In this document: positions 8,977 to 18,945 of the stretch, in pieces
How the letters are laid out: each line of letters starts with the position of its first letter
Position numbering within the stretch: the first letter of the stretch is position 1
The notes under the pieces: model-generated
What the model was told of the DNA's origin: nothing
What the model saw: the letters and a program-made list of their open reading frames with translations, nothing else
The model's database searches: none
Made by a program: the position numbers and the translations under genes
IMG/VR virus record: IMGVR_UViG_3300032893_000010
Span: 1 to 64,000 of that record
DNA: 64,000 bases
Direction: 5' to 3' (one strand)
Origin: a virus

Positions 8977-11492
8977 ATTGGGCTTATCGCAGAGAAGCTG
9001 GAGAGCCTCAGATAACATTTAACTATGTAAGGGCTTTGTCAGACTGGCTGACTAATTTTACTTTCTCTAATGGCGTTACATTCAAGGTTCCTGAGAAGTA
9101 CCAGCATACTGTACCAGCTCTCCTGGAAAGAGTGTGGGCTAAAGATAATAACAAGCAGCAGATACTGTGGGAAATAGGAAATCAGGGATCTGTTCAGGGG
9201 GATGCTTTCATTAAGGTAGCATACGACCCTCCTTATACAGATGTAGCAGGAAATCCTCATAGAGGTAAAGTAAGAATTCTTCCCTTGAATGCTTCCTTTT
9301 GCTTGACAGAAGATACAGAAGTTCTTACCAAACGTGGATGGCTTTATTATAATGAGCTTACTACTGACGATGAAGTTCTTTCTCTGGACCCGGAAACAGA
9401 TGAGAACAAGTGGACTTCAGTTAAAGCTGTTAACGTCTTTGACTGGGACGGAGAATTGTCCAACTGGGAAAATGAAAGATTTTCTGCTATTAGTACTCCT
9501 GACCACAGATGGCTCTACATGGATGGCAGAGATAAGAGAAGCATAAAAACTACAGACTCTCTTCACGATTCCAAGCATAACGGTGGAAGGCTTGTTGTTG
9601 CTGGAGGCATACCATCGGGTTTTAGTGAAGAATCGACATGGGATAACGACTTCGTAGCAGCAGTTGGGTGGTTTATAACAGAAGGACATTGGCACAAAAA
9701 CGGCGTGCCAATGCTAACACAGTCATTTGAAGTAAATCCTGTTAAAGCACTTCAAATACAAATTCTGTCAGATAGGTACGGCGGGTCGCATTACTCTCAC
9801 GAAAATAAGGCTGACCAGTGGTATATACCGGGCCTGAAAGATGAACTATTTAGCGTAGTAGGAAAAGATAAAAGACTAACCCCGGAGTTCTTATCATCAC
9901 TTACATTAGAACAAGCCAAGATTCTGTATCAGACTCTCATAGATGGAGACGGTCACTGGAGGATTGATGCACATGACGGCAAAACAGCTACATGGTATCA
10001 ATCACACGAGGGAAGAGTGTCTGATTTTCAGATGCTTTGTTCCATGCTTGGGTACAGGACTAATGCAAGATGGCGTAAGAGAAGCATAGGTAAACCATGC
10101 TGTGATGTGACTGTGTACAAGACCAGAACTGTTAATGTAACTAATCTTAACAGGACAAAAGTTTCGTATAGAGGTAAGGTATGGTGCCCTACAACAGAAA
10201 CGTCAACATGGGTTGCAAGGAAAGACGGAATAACATTTGTAACTGGTAATTGTTTCCCAGAATGGCATCCTCATGATAGATCCAGGCTTATAAGATTCAA
10301 GCTTAAGTACCGTTTCTGGGGAACAGCACCAGAGGGAACACGCCAGGTATACACTTATGTCGAGATCCTCACTGACGAAGTAATAGAAGAATACGTAAAT
10401 GATGAGCTTATCGACAGGCGTCCTAATCCTTTAGGTTTCATTCCTGTTGTGCATATCGCTAACAAGATTGCTTCTGCTTCACCTTGGGGTCTTTCTGATA
10501 TCACTGATGTCATCTCCCTTAACCGGGATTTCAACGAGAAAGCTACTGAAATATCTGACATCATAAATTATCATACCGCTCCGGTAACGGTTATAACAGG
10601 TGCGTCGGCTGCTAATCTTGAGAAGTCAGCTAATAAGATCTGGTCTTTGCGTCAGAAAGATGCCAGGGTTGAGAATCTTAATGCTGACTTTTCTGGTCTT
10701 GCGTCTGCTGTAGAGTTCCTTCAGATGCTCAAGCTGGGAATGCATGAGATGATAGGAATTCCCGAAGCTGCCCTGGGTACAGCTCAGGCTATCTCCAATA
10801 CTTCTGGTGTGGCTCTTGCAATACAGTACATGCCTACAATGCATGCGTACAAGCAGAAGAAAATACAGTATGAGGTAGGGTTCAGGCAGATATCAGAAAT
10901 GGCTTTGAAGACACTATTTCTTTTCGAGCCTGACCAGTTAATATATAATCCTGATACAGAAGGTATACTAGAAACTGAAGAACAGCCTATCATACTAGAT
11001 CCTAATGATCCTGAGATTTATGACATAACTATTTCCTGGCCGCCGCCACTGCCTGTTGACCAGACTATCAAGCTGACAGAGATACAGGCTAAGCAGGCTC
11101 TAGGACTTGAGTCTAATATAGGTGCTCTGAGGGAACTAGGCGTGGAATTCCCTGATGAGAAGTTCCAGGAAATATTCGAGGAGAAACTTCAGGATCTAGA
11201 GCAGGAATCTGCTATGCAGATCAGGAAGGCTATGGCAGCAGCTTATGTTACCAAGCTTACAGGACTTGTTCCTGAAGGCTACATGGAACAAGACGACGAA
11301 CCTAAGGAAGGTGAGCCCGGCAAGCCTCCGTCTGCAATGGATAATGTCGATACTAAGTCTATTCTTCCATCTGTCCCGACAATATCAGATGTGACAGGAC
11401 TTAAGAACCAAAACATGATGTCATCCATAGCAACAATGGCTTTCGGAACTAAGCTGCCGCAGCGCAGGAATATAAACAACACGAACGAGTAA
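8973..11492 (+). CDS. Portal protein (SPP1-like), main part, intein-containing
   Basis: NYVRAL..WL..F, NPLGFIPVVHIAN, WGLSDI, SGVAL.IQY.P motifs; located upstream of scaffold and MCP. Start placed at TTG 8973 (see findings). Confidence 0.85.
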   Translation: MNWAYRREAGEPQITFNYVRALSDWLTNFTFSNGVTFKVPEKYQHTVPALLERVWAKDNNKQQILWEIGNQGSVQGDAFIKVAYDPPYTDVAGNPHRGKVRILPLNASFCLTEDTEVLTKRGWLYYNELTTDDEVLSLDPETDENKWTSVKAVNVFDWDGELSNWENERFSAISTPDHRWLYMDGRDKRSIKTTDSLHDSKHNGGRLVVAGGIPSGFSEESTWDNDFVAAVGWFITEGHWHKNGVPMLTQSFEVNPVKALQIQILSDRYGGSHYSHENKADQWYIPGLKDELFSVVGKDKRLTPEFLSSLTLEQAKILYQTLIDGDGHWRIDAHDGKTATWYQSHEGRVSDFQMLCSMLGYRTNARWRKRSIGKPCCDVTVYKTRTVNVTNLNRTKVSYRGKVWCPTTETSTWVARKDGITFVTGNCFPEWHPHDRSRLIRFKLKYRFWGTAPEGTRQVYTYVEILTDEVIEEYVNDELIDRRPNPLGFIPVVHIANKIASASPWGLSDITDVISLNRDFNEKATEISDIINYHTAPVTVITGASAANLEKSANKIWSLRQKDARVENLNADFSGLASAVEFLQMLKLGMHEMIGIPEAALGTAQAISNTSGVALAIQYMPTMHAYKQKKIQYEVGFRQISEMALKTLFLFEPDQLIYNPDTEGILETEEQPIILDPNDPEIYDITISWPPPLPVDQTIKLTEIQAKQALGLESNIGALRELGVEFPDEKFQEIFEEKLQDLEQESAMQIRKAMAAAYVTKLTGLVPEGYMEQDDEPKEGEPGKPPSAMDNVDTKSILPSVPTISDVTGLKNQNMMSSIATMAFGTKLPQRRNINNTNE
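9300..10250 (+). mobile_element. Intein with LAGLIDADG-type endonuclease in portal (317 aa)
   Basis: Begins CLTEDTEVLTKRGW; block B TPDHRW; VGWFITEG and LIDGDG endonuclease motifs; ends VWCPTT...FVTGN followed by +1 Cys. Confidence 0.9.
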
Positions 11493-11514
11493 AAGAGACA
11501 TATAAGGAGAATCA

Positions 11515-12279
11515 ATGACAACACCAGCACCGACATCAGATGTTATTACAACCGGCACTACTACTTCACCGCCACCAGTGATAATGAACAATCCTGCTCC
11601 CAGCCAGCAGTATTTCACAGCAGATCAGTTAGAAGCAGCAAGACAGCAGGAAAAAGACAAGCTTTACGGAAGACTTGAAGAGCAGAGTAAGGCTTTAGAT
11701 CAGTTTAAGTCTCAGATAGCAGAACTTCAGGCTGATAAAGAGGCAAGAGATAAGGCTGTTGCTGACGCTGCAAGGGTTGCTGAGGAAGCAAGGAAGAGAG
11801 AAGAAGAAGCTAAGCTTTCAGTTGAAGAACGAATAAGGGCCAGAGAAGCTGAGCTGACTTCCAAGCAAGCGCAGTTCACTACTGAAATGGAAAACAAGTT
11901 TGCGTTAATGCAGAAGGAGCAGCAGTTCCTTCGGTTGCAGGCTTATATCCAGAGAAGAATAAATGAAGAAGCAGATAATATCGTCCCAGAACTTGTAGAA
12001 TTCATTAGCGGCGAAACTGAGGAAGAAATAGAAGCTTCTATAAACAAGGTCAAGGAAAAAACTGCTAATATTGTACGAGGAGCGGCAACTCTGACTGCTC
12101 CGACGATGCCAACTGGTGTTTCACCAACGGGCGGCCCTGCTGGTCCTCTGGATAATCTGAGCGGCCCCAGGCAATACTCCAAAGAAGACATATCTAACAT
12201 GACTATGCAGCAATATGCGGCTTGGAGAGAGCAACAGGGAATATCCGGGGCGGGCAGCAATAGAGGCTTATTCAGCTAA
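11515..12279 (+). CDS. Capsid scaffolding protein
   Basis: Coiled-coil, Glu/Ala-rich protein between portal and MCP. Confidence 0.75.
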   Translation: MTTPAPTSDVITTGTTTSPPPVIMNNPAPSQQYFTADQLEAARQQEKDKLYGRLEEQSKALDQFKSQIAELQADKEARDKAVADAARVAEEARKREEEAKLSVEERIRAREAELTSKQAQFTTEMENKFALMQKEQQFLRLQAYIQRRINEEADNIVPELVEFISGETEEEIEASINKVKEKTANIVRGAATLTAPTMPTGVSPTGGPAGPLDNLSGPRQYSKEDISNMTMQQYAAWREQQGISGAGSNRGLFS

Positions 12280-12299
12280 CAGGAAAGGAAACAGTCAAC

Positions 12300-13304
12300 A
12301 TGGCTGGTTCATCACTTACTGGTACAAGCTTTATCAGTGCTTCTCCTACAGCTTATGCAGGCGGATCAGCACAGCTTACACCAGCAATCCAGACAATCTG
12401 GAGTAAAGAAATATTATTCCAGGCTATGCCTATACTAAGATTTGAGCAATTCGCTGTAAAGAAGACAGAACTAGGCGTCCAGCCAGGTCTGACAATTCAC
12501 TTCATGCGTTACAACAACCTGCCACCAGCATCACAGCTAGTTGAAGGTGTTCGTATGCAGACAAACCCTCTGACAGCCTCACAGTTCGATATCACTGTAG
12601 CTGAGCAGGGTTTTGCTATCGCTGTATCAGAACTGCTGCTTAATGCATCATTTGATGACGTCATGGCTTCGGGTTCACGTCTGCTTGGACGTAACATGGC
12701 GCTTTATCTTGACGGTTCAGCAAGAGATACGCTATACCAGGCGTCATCCATGATCTTCGGTTACAACAAGTTCGCGCTTTCAACAGCCGTTCGTACACCT
12801 CTGTCACCATATGACCATGGCGCAGCAGCTACATCATCTTCAGCTCTTTCAGCGGGTAACTTCTCGTTCACTACTGCTGTAGTAAAGGACGCACAGGAGA
12901 CCCTGGCTACAAAGAACGTGCCAAGGCTGGGTGAGACATACGTATGCTTCATTCACCCTCATCAGTCACGTCAGCTAAGAGATGATCCTGAGTTCATTGA
13001 GGTAACTAAGTATGCCGCACCAGGTAACTTCCTTCTAGGTGAGATCGGCCGTCTCAATGATGTAGTATTCATCGAGACTACACAGGTGTACAACAACTAC
13101 GTTTCAGCTAACACATCTAATCCGCTGTTCTACAATGCTATCTTCATCGGAGATAATGCTTTCGGTCATGCTATCTCGCTGCCGGTAGAACTTCGTGATG
13201 GCGGTATCCTGGACTTCGGTCGTGAGCATGCGCTAGCATGGTACGCAATCTGGGGTCTTGGTCTTATCACCGACCAGAGCGTACTAGTTGCTTCAACTAA
13301 TTAA
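12300..13304 (+). CDS. Major capsid protein (N4-gp56 family)
   Basis: QTIWSKEILFQAMPILRFEQFA, YVCFIHPHQSRQLRDDP, GEIGRL, DFGREHALAWYAIWG. Confidence 0.9.
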   Translation: MAGSSLTGTSFISASPTAYAGGSAQLTPAIQTIWSKEILFQAMPILRFEQFAVKKTELGVQPGLTIHFMRYNNLPPASQLVEGVRMQTNPLTASQFDITVAEQGFAIAVSELLLNASFDDVMASGSRLLGRNMALYLDGSARDTLYQASSMIFGYNKFALSTAVRTPLSPYDHGAAATSSSALSAGNFSFTTAVVKDAQETLATKNVPRLGETYVCFIHPHQSRQLRDDPEFIEVTKYAAPGNFLLGEIGRLNDVVFIETTQVYNNYVSANTSNPLFYNAIFIGDNAFGHAISLPVELRDGGILDFGREHALAWYAIWGLGLITDQSVLVASTN

Positions 13305-13356
13305 AATTCAATATCAATAAGAATCACTAAACGAACAAGTAAGACGAGGTATAAAC

Positions 13357-13815
13357 ATGACTACTCCAGTAGTCCAAGAAGGTCAGGTAAGGTCTTCTAG
13401 GAAAAGAGCTGCTGATTTCACGGGAAAGACGAACGAAAGACTTCAGCAGGAAAGATCAGCAGAACTTCAGGAAGCGGCATCAAGGGTTGCGTTAGCGACA
13501 GTGGCGGCAGAAGAAGAAAAGAATATAGTAGTAGATTACACAGGTTCAGATGAGCCGATACCTGAGGTAGAACTGCGTAAGGTAGAAGTAGCATCACCGT
13601 TCAGGATGATAAGAGTGAACCAGGATGTGGACCAGATGACTTATGGTCGTGAGGTTATAGATCCTGGGGACTACAACGCTGATCCTCCAAGGCCAGCGGT
13701 AATGGGTCCCATGAAATACTATACTTTCAAGGAAGGTGTAGTGTACAGGGTTCCTAAAGAGGTGGCAGATCATCTGAACGAGATCGGTTATATTTCATAT
13801 ATGGGTGGAGCGTAA
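13357..13815 (+). CDS. Hypothetical head-associated protein
   Basis: 152 aa directly after MCP; GAGGT RBS. Confidence 0.55.
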   Translation: MTTPVVQEGQVRSSRKRAADFTGKTNERLQQERSAELQEAASRVALATVAAEEEKNIVVDYTGSDEPIPEVELRKVEVASPFRMIRVNQDVDQMTYGREVIDPGDYNADPPRPAVMGPMKYYTFKEGVVYRVPKEVADHLNEIGYISYMGGA

Positions 13816-13818
13816 TAA

Positions 13819-14328
13819 GTGACAGGCATGGCGCAGGCAGGCGCGCAGATACAACTGAATGCTTTGACAGGATATTCAATTCCCGTGGTGGCTTCGAGTG
13901 CGCCCACGGGTTTTACCGGAGGATTCTGGATTAATTCATCGTCAGGATATTCAGTTAATTCGTGGAGTGGCTCGTCTTGGGTGACTGCCAGCTTACCTTA
14001 TCTTGCTCTTCTTACCGCTGATCCTACTGGGGCGACGACAATAGCAGGGTTATCTGAATGCACGGATTCAGGGTATTCTAGGGTGCAGGTTGCTTTCGGT
14101 GCCGCTTCTGCCGCATATCCTTCGACAGCATCTAATTCCTCTCTGCTTACTTTCGGTCCATTCTCAGTGAATATGACTCTGCCTGTTCAATGGCTGGCGC
14201 TGGTTACCGTGTCTTCTGGGACTGCGGGTTTGCTGACTAATACCTGGACTATCTCTTCACCGCAACAAGTAGAAGCCACTCAGACAATAAATATTGCTGC
14301 TGCGGCTCTTCAGATAACACAAAGTTAA
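13819..14328 (+). CDS. Virion structural protein (fibre/decoration)
   Basis: YLALLTADP...E...GYSRV motif typical of phage structural proteins. Confidence 0.55.
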   Translation: MTGMAQAGAQIQLNALTGYSIPVVASSAPTGFTGGFWINSSSGYSVNSWSGSSWVTASLPYLALLTADPTGATTIAGLSECTDSGYSRVQVAFGAASAAYPSTASNSSLLTFGPFSVNMTLPVQWLALVTVSSGTAGLLTNTWTISSPQQVEATQTINIAAAALQITQS

Positions 14329-14336
14329 GGATTTCA

Positions 14337-14912
14337 ATGACAGCGATAGTTTCATCAGACATTCTCTTTAAGCTGTCTGCTCCTGGAGCGTCGGCTGGAA
14401 ATACCACATCAGGAACAGCAGGCAATTCCTGGGGTAACTATATTTCTACTACCCAGGTATCTTCAACTCCGCTTGATAACCTGTTCAATGACATAACGGG
14501 TGCTCAGAACGCAGCAGGCCAGGTAGATTATGCTTGCGTATTTATTCACAATAACACTGCTTCGGGAAACTCCATGCTTAACACTGTGGCGTGGCTTCCG
14601 CAATCATTGTATGTAGCAGGAGGAGCTACTATACAAGTGGCTGCGGATACGTTTGCTGCATCGGCTATAGGAACATCGTCTCAGCAAGCAGTGAAGATAA
14701 CTGCGGCCACTAACGCTCCTGCTGGAGTAGCAGGATGGGTGTCTCCTACTAATACGACACCTTCTTACCCCAGTTATACTAACGGCATTCAGCTAGGGAC
14801 CATAGCTCCAGGTTATTGCATAGCAGTATGGATCAAGAGAACAGCTACGAATAGCGCGCCGGTAAACAACGACGGTTTCACTCTTGAAATCGATCTGGAT
14901 ACGATGGGTTAG
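14337..14912 (+). CDS. Virion structural protein
   Basis: NLFNDITG.QN..G.VDY.CVFIHN and AVWIKR motifs. Confidence 0.55.
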   Translation: MTAIVSSDILFKLSAPGASAGNTTSGTAGNSWGNYISTTQVSSTPLDNLFNDITGAQNAAGQVDYACVFIHNNTASGNSMLNTVAWLPQSLYVAGGATIQVAADTFAASAIGTSSQQAVKITAATNAPAGVAGWVSPTNTTPSYPSYTNGIQLGTIAPGYCIAVWIKRTATNSAPVNNDGFTLEIDLDTMG

Positions 14913-14915
14913 AAC

Positions 14916-16217
14916 ATGGCGCAAAACAGATATTACAGCTCAACTGCCTTACCGACAACTTTAGCGGCGGCTATAACCTCTTCAGGTGCTACAACTATCT
15001 CAGTTAACAGCATCACAGGAAACCCTTCTAGTTTCCCGTTTACCATGCTTATCGACTGGGGCCAGGCAACTCAGGAAGCCGTCTCTGTGACAGCTTCTAC
15101 TGGTTCAGGACCGTATACTCTTACGGTAACAAGAGGAGTAGATGGCACTACAGCCCAGACCCATGTTAACGGGGCTGTGATCGTGCATGGTGTCACGGCA
15201 GAAGATTATAATGAACCTCAGGTTCACATAGCTGCATCGTCAGCGGTTCACGGACTTTCGGGAACTGTCGTAGGAACATCTGATACTCAGACCCTGACAA
15301 ACAAGACTTTGGGTGCTACAACATTTTCTGGCGGAATAACTGTTTCAGAAAGCTCAGCCACAGGTAATGTAATTAATGTGACGAATACGCATTCTTCCCC
15401 TTCGAATGCCAACGTCAATCTTACTTCTGCCGGAACTTCTGACAGGGTTCTAGACGTATTGGTATCTGGTGATACTAATCCTAGGATGGAAGTAAACTCT
15501 TCTGGTAAGGTAAGCTGGAGTGCTGGAGGATCTTCAGCGGTAGATACGGATCTTTACCGTAATGCCGCAGGAGAGCTGAAGACAGATAACAGCATTACAG
15601 CAGCGGCTAATCTTACTGTAGGCGGATCACAGCTTCTAGCTGGCGGCACAGGAGTATTCGGCGTTAATAATGCGGGTACTCCACCGAATTCTACACCTTC
15701 TGGTGGCGCTGTTATTTACGGTAAGAGCGGATTTGTTAAGAGCAGAGCTGCTGACGGAGCTGATTACGGTAGCGGAAGCAACTGGTCTAATGTAGCAGCG
15801 GCCGGTATTAATGTTACGACAGGTACTACGACGCTGACAGGTCTTTCTGCTCTGCTAGGAACGGCTGTAACATATCTTGTGCAGATGCACTTGTTCTTCC
15901 TGTCAGGGACGTCAACAGATACAGTTAACTTTAACTTCGCCTTTTCCGGCACTGCATCATCTTGCTCTATCAACTGGAGAATATTGCAGCAGGGTGCATC
16001 GAATGCTGTTACTGTCAATACAGGGAACAACACAAGTATCACGTCTGCTATGACTTCTCCTGCCTTCCCGGCATCTGCCGCTGGTGGTACTGTATACTCA
16101 GAAGGAATAGTAACAGCCTCAGTGGCTGGTACTCTTACAGTTACGGGTATTGCGAGTGCGGGTTCTAATGTCACCGTGTACGGAGGATCATTCCTGCAAG
16201 TTATGCCTCTTGCTTAA
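14916..16217 (+). CDS. Tail/head fibre-like protein
   Basis: TLTVTRGVDGTTAQTH, QTLTNKTL and DTDLYR.AAG.LKTD fibre motifs. Confidence 0.6.
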   Translation: MAQNRYYSSTALPTTLAAAITSSGATTISVNSITGNPSSFPFTMLIDWGQATQEAVSVTASTGSGPYTLTVTRGVDGTTAQTHVNGAVIVHGVTAEDYNEPQVHIAASSAVHGLSGTVVGTSDTQTLTNKTLGATTFSGGITVSESSATGNVINVTNTHSSPSNANVNLTSAGTSDRVLDVLVSGDTNPRMEVNSSGKVSWSAGGSSAVDTDLYRNAAGELKTDNSITAAANLTVGGSQLLAGGTGVFGVNNAGTPPNSTPSGGAVIYGKSGFVKSRAADGADYGSGSNWSNVAAAGINVTTGTTTLTGLSALLGTAVTYLVQMHLFFLSGTSTDTVNFNFAFSGTASSCSINWRILQQGASNAVTVNTGNNTSITSAMTSPAFPASAAGGTVYSEGIVTASVAGTLTVTGIASAGSNVTVYGGSFLQVMPLA

Positions 16218-16247
16218 TTTTTCATGCCACCAGGATAGGAGAACTAT

Positions 16248-16946
16248 ATGAGCACGCCTGCTCTTGTCTTCTATCCTGGTGTTTTGCGTCCTGTAGTATC
16301 GCCTATATCAGACGGCTTGAATTCTGTATCTACTGTGATTCCTGTTTACTGGGATGTGAGCACCAGGATATCTTCTACAGCTAGATTTCAATGGAATGTG
16401 GTAGCTTACGGAATATCAGCCTCCAAGGCGTTCAGTTTCGAGACTACTACGAGACTCCATAAAATAGGGAACATGATTTCCTATGGCATCTGTCATCCTG
16501 TCGTGTGGCCTATAGACAGAAGAAGTTTTATTCCTGCTGTCTCCTACGATGCTGATTTCAGGTTCAGCACTAGTAAAAAGCTGAGCTGGAAAATCAATAA
16601 GAGGATCAGTTCTGTAACTGCGGTCAGGTTCAGCACCCTTGTCACTGATCACGCGCACTCACCCTATTCATTTAATACTTTGCAGGAAGTCGTCAAGCCA
16701 GGATTCGCTTCTCCGTCTTGGTATAACGAGATATGCAAACCTGTCACGAGTCCTTTGTCTCAGGCGCATAACCAGGCGCATTCTTACTTCGAGTGGAATT
16801 CTGGCAAGAGGATATGTGCACATCTAACGGCAAGGTTCAACGATCGCCTGAGATTCAAGGTCACCGAGGAGATAGCCTTCAAGGACAATGCTCTTGTGGT
16901 GGTGTGCCAGAAGCAGATTACTTGGGAAACATTGATGAGGCTGTGA
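16248..16946 (+). CDS. Repetitive hypothetical structural protein
   Basis: Repeated xPVVxP and W/F-x-V/T units; GGAG RBS. Confidence 0.5.
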   Translation: MSTPALVFYPGVLRPVVSPISDGLNSVSTVIPVYWDVSTRISSTARFQWNVVAYGISASKAFSFETTTRLHKIGNMISYGICHPVVWPIDRRSFIPAVSYDADFRFSTSKKLSWKINKRISSVTAVRFSTLVTDHAHSPYSFNTLQEVVKPGFASPSWYNEICKPVTSPLSQAHNQAHSYFEWNSGKRICAHLTARFNDRLRFKVTEEIAFKDNALVVVCQKQITWETLMRL

Positions 16947-16947
16947 C

Positions 16948-17784
16948 ATGACATACCCTTTGCCTCCTAATGCTCCGCGTAAGATAAGAATCATCAATCC
17001 CGCAAGCAGGTCTTCATATTTCTCGCTGAGCAATAACACTGCTCGCGTCACTGTATCAGCTTACATCGGCACGGTGTTACCTCCAGCGAAACCGCTGATG
17101 AAATCTTCGTGGAATGCGTCAGGAAGAATCAGTGCTCGTCATGTGATACTGTGGGATACCAGGATTTCTGTCGTGAAACAGAAGTCATCTCAGTACAGGG
17201 TTACTGATAGAGTTACTGGTACTAAGAGCGCTTCGTGGGGTGTTAGTGCACGCATAGATAACGTTAAGACTTCAAGATTCAGGGTTTTTGCAAAGGTTCC
17301 CTGGTTCCTCACAGTAAGATTCAGTACCCTGCATTCTGTGGTGGTAAGGAACTGGCATCTTCAGTCCGATTCTCCGAGCAAGATTACTACTGGCATAGTT
17401 CATCCTATTTCTTACGTCCAGCCTTCAGGTATTCTTTTCCCTGACTATGGTTTGTGCAGGCCAGTTGTCTATCCTCTTGATACTCAGGAGTATGCTGGTT
17501 ATGGTCAGATGGTGGCTGGCCCTGGGATCGCATTCAGAGTTGACATCAATCCTAACGGAAGAGTAACATGCCAGAAGCAGGTAAAATTCAATGACCTTGG
17601 ACTGGTGAAGAAAGATCAGACGGCTCAGTGGTCTGTAGTACATCGGGCCTCATTTAGTAACAGGTTTTTGTTCAATGTCTATAATGAGATAACAGATAAA
17701 CTGGGGTCTTCATGGATAGTAGGACAGGCTGTAGCGGGACATATACGTCAGACAGCTCAATCAAGAACGGACTTCTCATACTGA
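16948..17784 (+). CDS. Repetitive hypothetical structural protein (related to previous)
   Basis: Periodic aromatic-x-V..R-I/V units; LCRPVVYPL. Confidence 0.5.
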   Translation: MTYPLPPNAPRKIRIINPASRSSYFSLSNNTARVTVSAYIGTVLPPAKPLMKSSWNASGRISARHVILWDTRISVVKQKSSQYRVTDRVTGTKSASWGVSARIDNVKTSRFRVFAKVPWFLTVRFSTLHSVVVRNWHLQSDSPSKITTGIVHPISYVQPSGILFPDYGLCRPVVYPLDTQEYAGYGQMVAGPGIAFRVDINPNGRVTCQKQVKFNDLGLVKKDQTAQWSVVHRASFSNRFLFNVYNEITDKLGSSWIVGQAVAGHIRQTAQSRTDFSY

Positions 17785-18596
17785 TGAATATGGAAGAAGC
17801 AATTCGCAGGGTAAGGATTGAGATCGGTGATCCTTCGAGGTCTTTCGAGACTCAGACCATAGGTGACGGCATGACCTATGACTATGACCTTCCTAAGCAG
17901 AACATAGATCTTGATGACCTTCAGGTCATGATACAGAACGGGGCGACTTTAACAACTTTGTCTGTGGGGCAGGATTTCAGCATAAATTCACATCAGGGTT
18001 TTCTTCAGTTGACTAATCCTGTTCCTTTCGGAGCTACGCTTATAACTAAGGGCAGAGCCTGGGGCTTGTTCACTGACCATGAGTTACGATCTTACATAAG
18101 AGACGCAGTTTTGCAGCATTGCGAAGGCAGGACCGTAAAAGAGAGGATGAGAACTAACAGAGGTTTCATATCCTACAGGGAAGAGCCTTTGGTTCTTGAG
18201 AATCTTCCGCATATAGAAGAACCTCTTCTGGTAATGCTGGCAACTATCAATGTGCTGTGGACGCTAGCTAACGATGCAGCTACTGATACTGACATATCAA
18301 CTGCTGAAGGTACGTCTGTTAACAGGCTGGGAAGGTATGCTCAGCTTATAGGCCACATAGAAATGCTGACTGAAAGATATCAGGAGTATTGCGGTCAGCT
18401 TAATGTGGGTATGTACAGGATTACTACTCCTAAACTAAGACGTGTATCTAAGACTACAGGTCGTTATGTCCCTGTGTTCGAGGACAGAGAGTACGATGAT
18501 GCTAGATGGCCAGTACGTCAGATACCTCAGATCGATCACAGAGATGAAGACGATTCAGGTATACCTTCTCCTTTGTGGAATTCTCAGGGGTACTAA
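17784..18596 (+). CDS. Putative head-tail adaptor/neck protein
   Basis: I.RVR.EIGD and LFTD.EL motifs. Start moved to ATG 17784 (TGATG coupling). Confidence 0.6.
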   Translation: MNMEEAIRRVRIEIGDPSRSFETQTIGDGMTYDYDLPKQNIDLDDLQVMIQNGATLTTLSVGQDFSINSHQGFLQLTNPVPFGATLITKGRAWGLFTDHELRSYIRDAVLQHCEGRTVKERMRTNRGFISYREEPLVLENLPHIEEPLLVMLATINVLWTLANDAATDTDISTAEGTSVNRLGRYAQLIGHIEMLTERYQEYCGQLNVGMYRITTPKLRRVSKTTGRYVPVFEDREYDDARWPVRQIPQIDHRDEDDSGIPSPLWNSQGY

Positions 18597-18688
18597 TGGC
18601 TAACAGGAATCTTCAGCCTTTGCATTCATCTAATCAGACACCTGATGACAAGGCGTGGACATCTAGAGTTGGAGGTGCATCAGTATGA
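18596..18688 (+). CDS. 30-aa microprotein (MANRNLQPLH...)
   Basis: TAATG and ATGA coupling at both ends; NLQPL matches the N-terminus of 19734..20078. Confidence 0.45.
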   Translation: MANRNLQPLHSSNQTPDDKAWTSRVGGASV

Positions 18689-18945
18689 TGGCAGTAATGC
18701 ATTTTCTGTGGCTTATATTTGATCTTCCATCTGGTTCTGTATGGAGTAATCTTGTAGCATCTGTACTGTGGGGAACAGCGGCTTACATGATCATGAGAGT
18801 GATGAAGACAAAACTTGTAGATAGTTTAGATGGAACTATAGACAAGAAACTCTCATTTCATCATGAGCAGATAAAGAATCATATGGAGAACAAGATGTCT
18901 GAGTATTTCGGGAGAGAACATGTCGAGACAGAAAAAGAACCCTAA
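18685..18945 (+). CDS. Small membrane protein
   Basis: Hydrophobic N-terminal segments; GGAGGT RBS. Confidence 0.55.
   Translation: MMAVMHFLWLIFDLPSGSVWSNLVASVLWGTAAYMIMRVMKTKLVDSLDGTIDKKLSFHHEQIKNHMENKMSEYFGREHVETEKEP

Noticed and set aside
8949-8978. ATG 8949 as the portal start (MGLLSWTSLN)
   Set aside because: No RBS; these codons are an alternate-frame reading of the AWAFYLGHH segment of the 8809 ORF.
8974-9013. TGA reassignment or readthrough to rescue the portal
   Set aside because: Readthrough stays out of frame and meets TAA shortly after. TGA, TAG and TAA all terminate genes normally elsewhere in the window.
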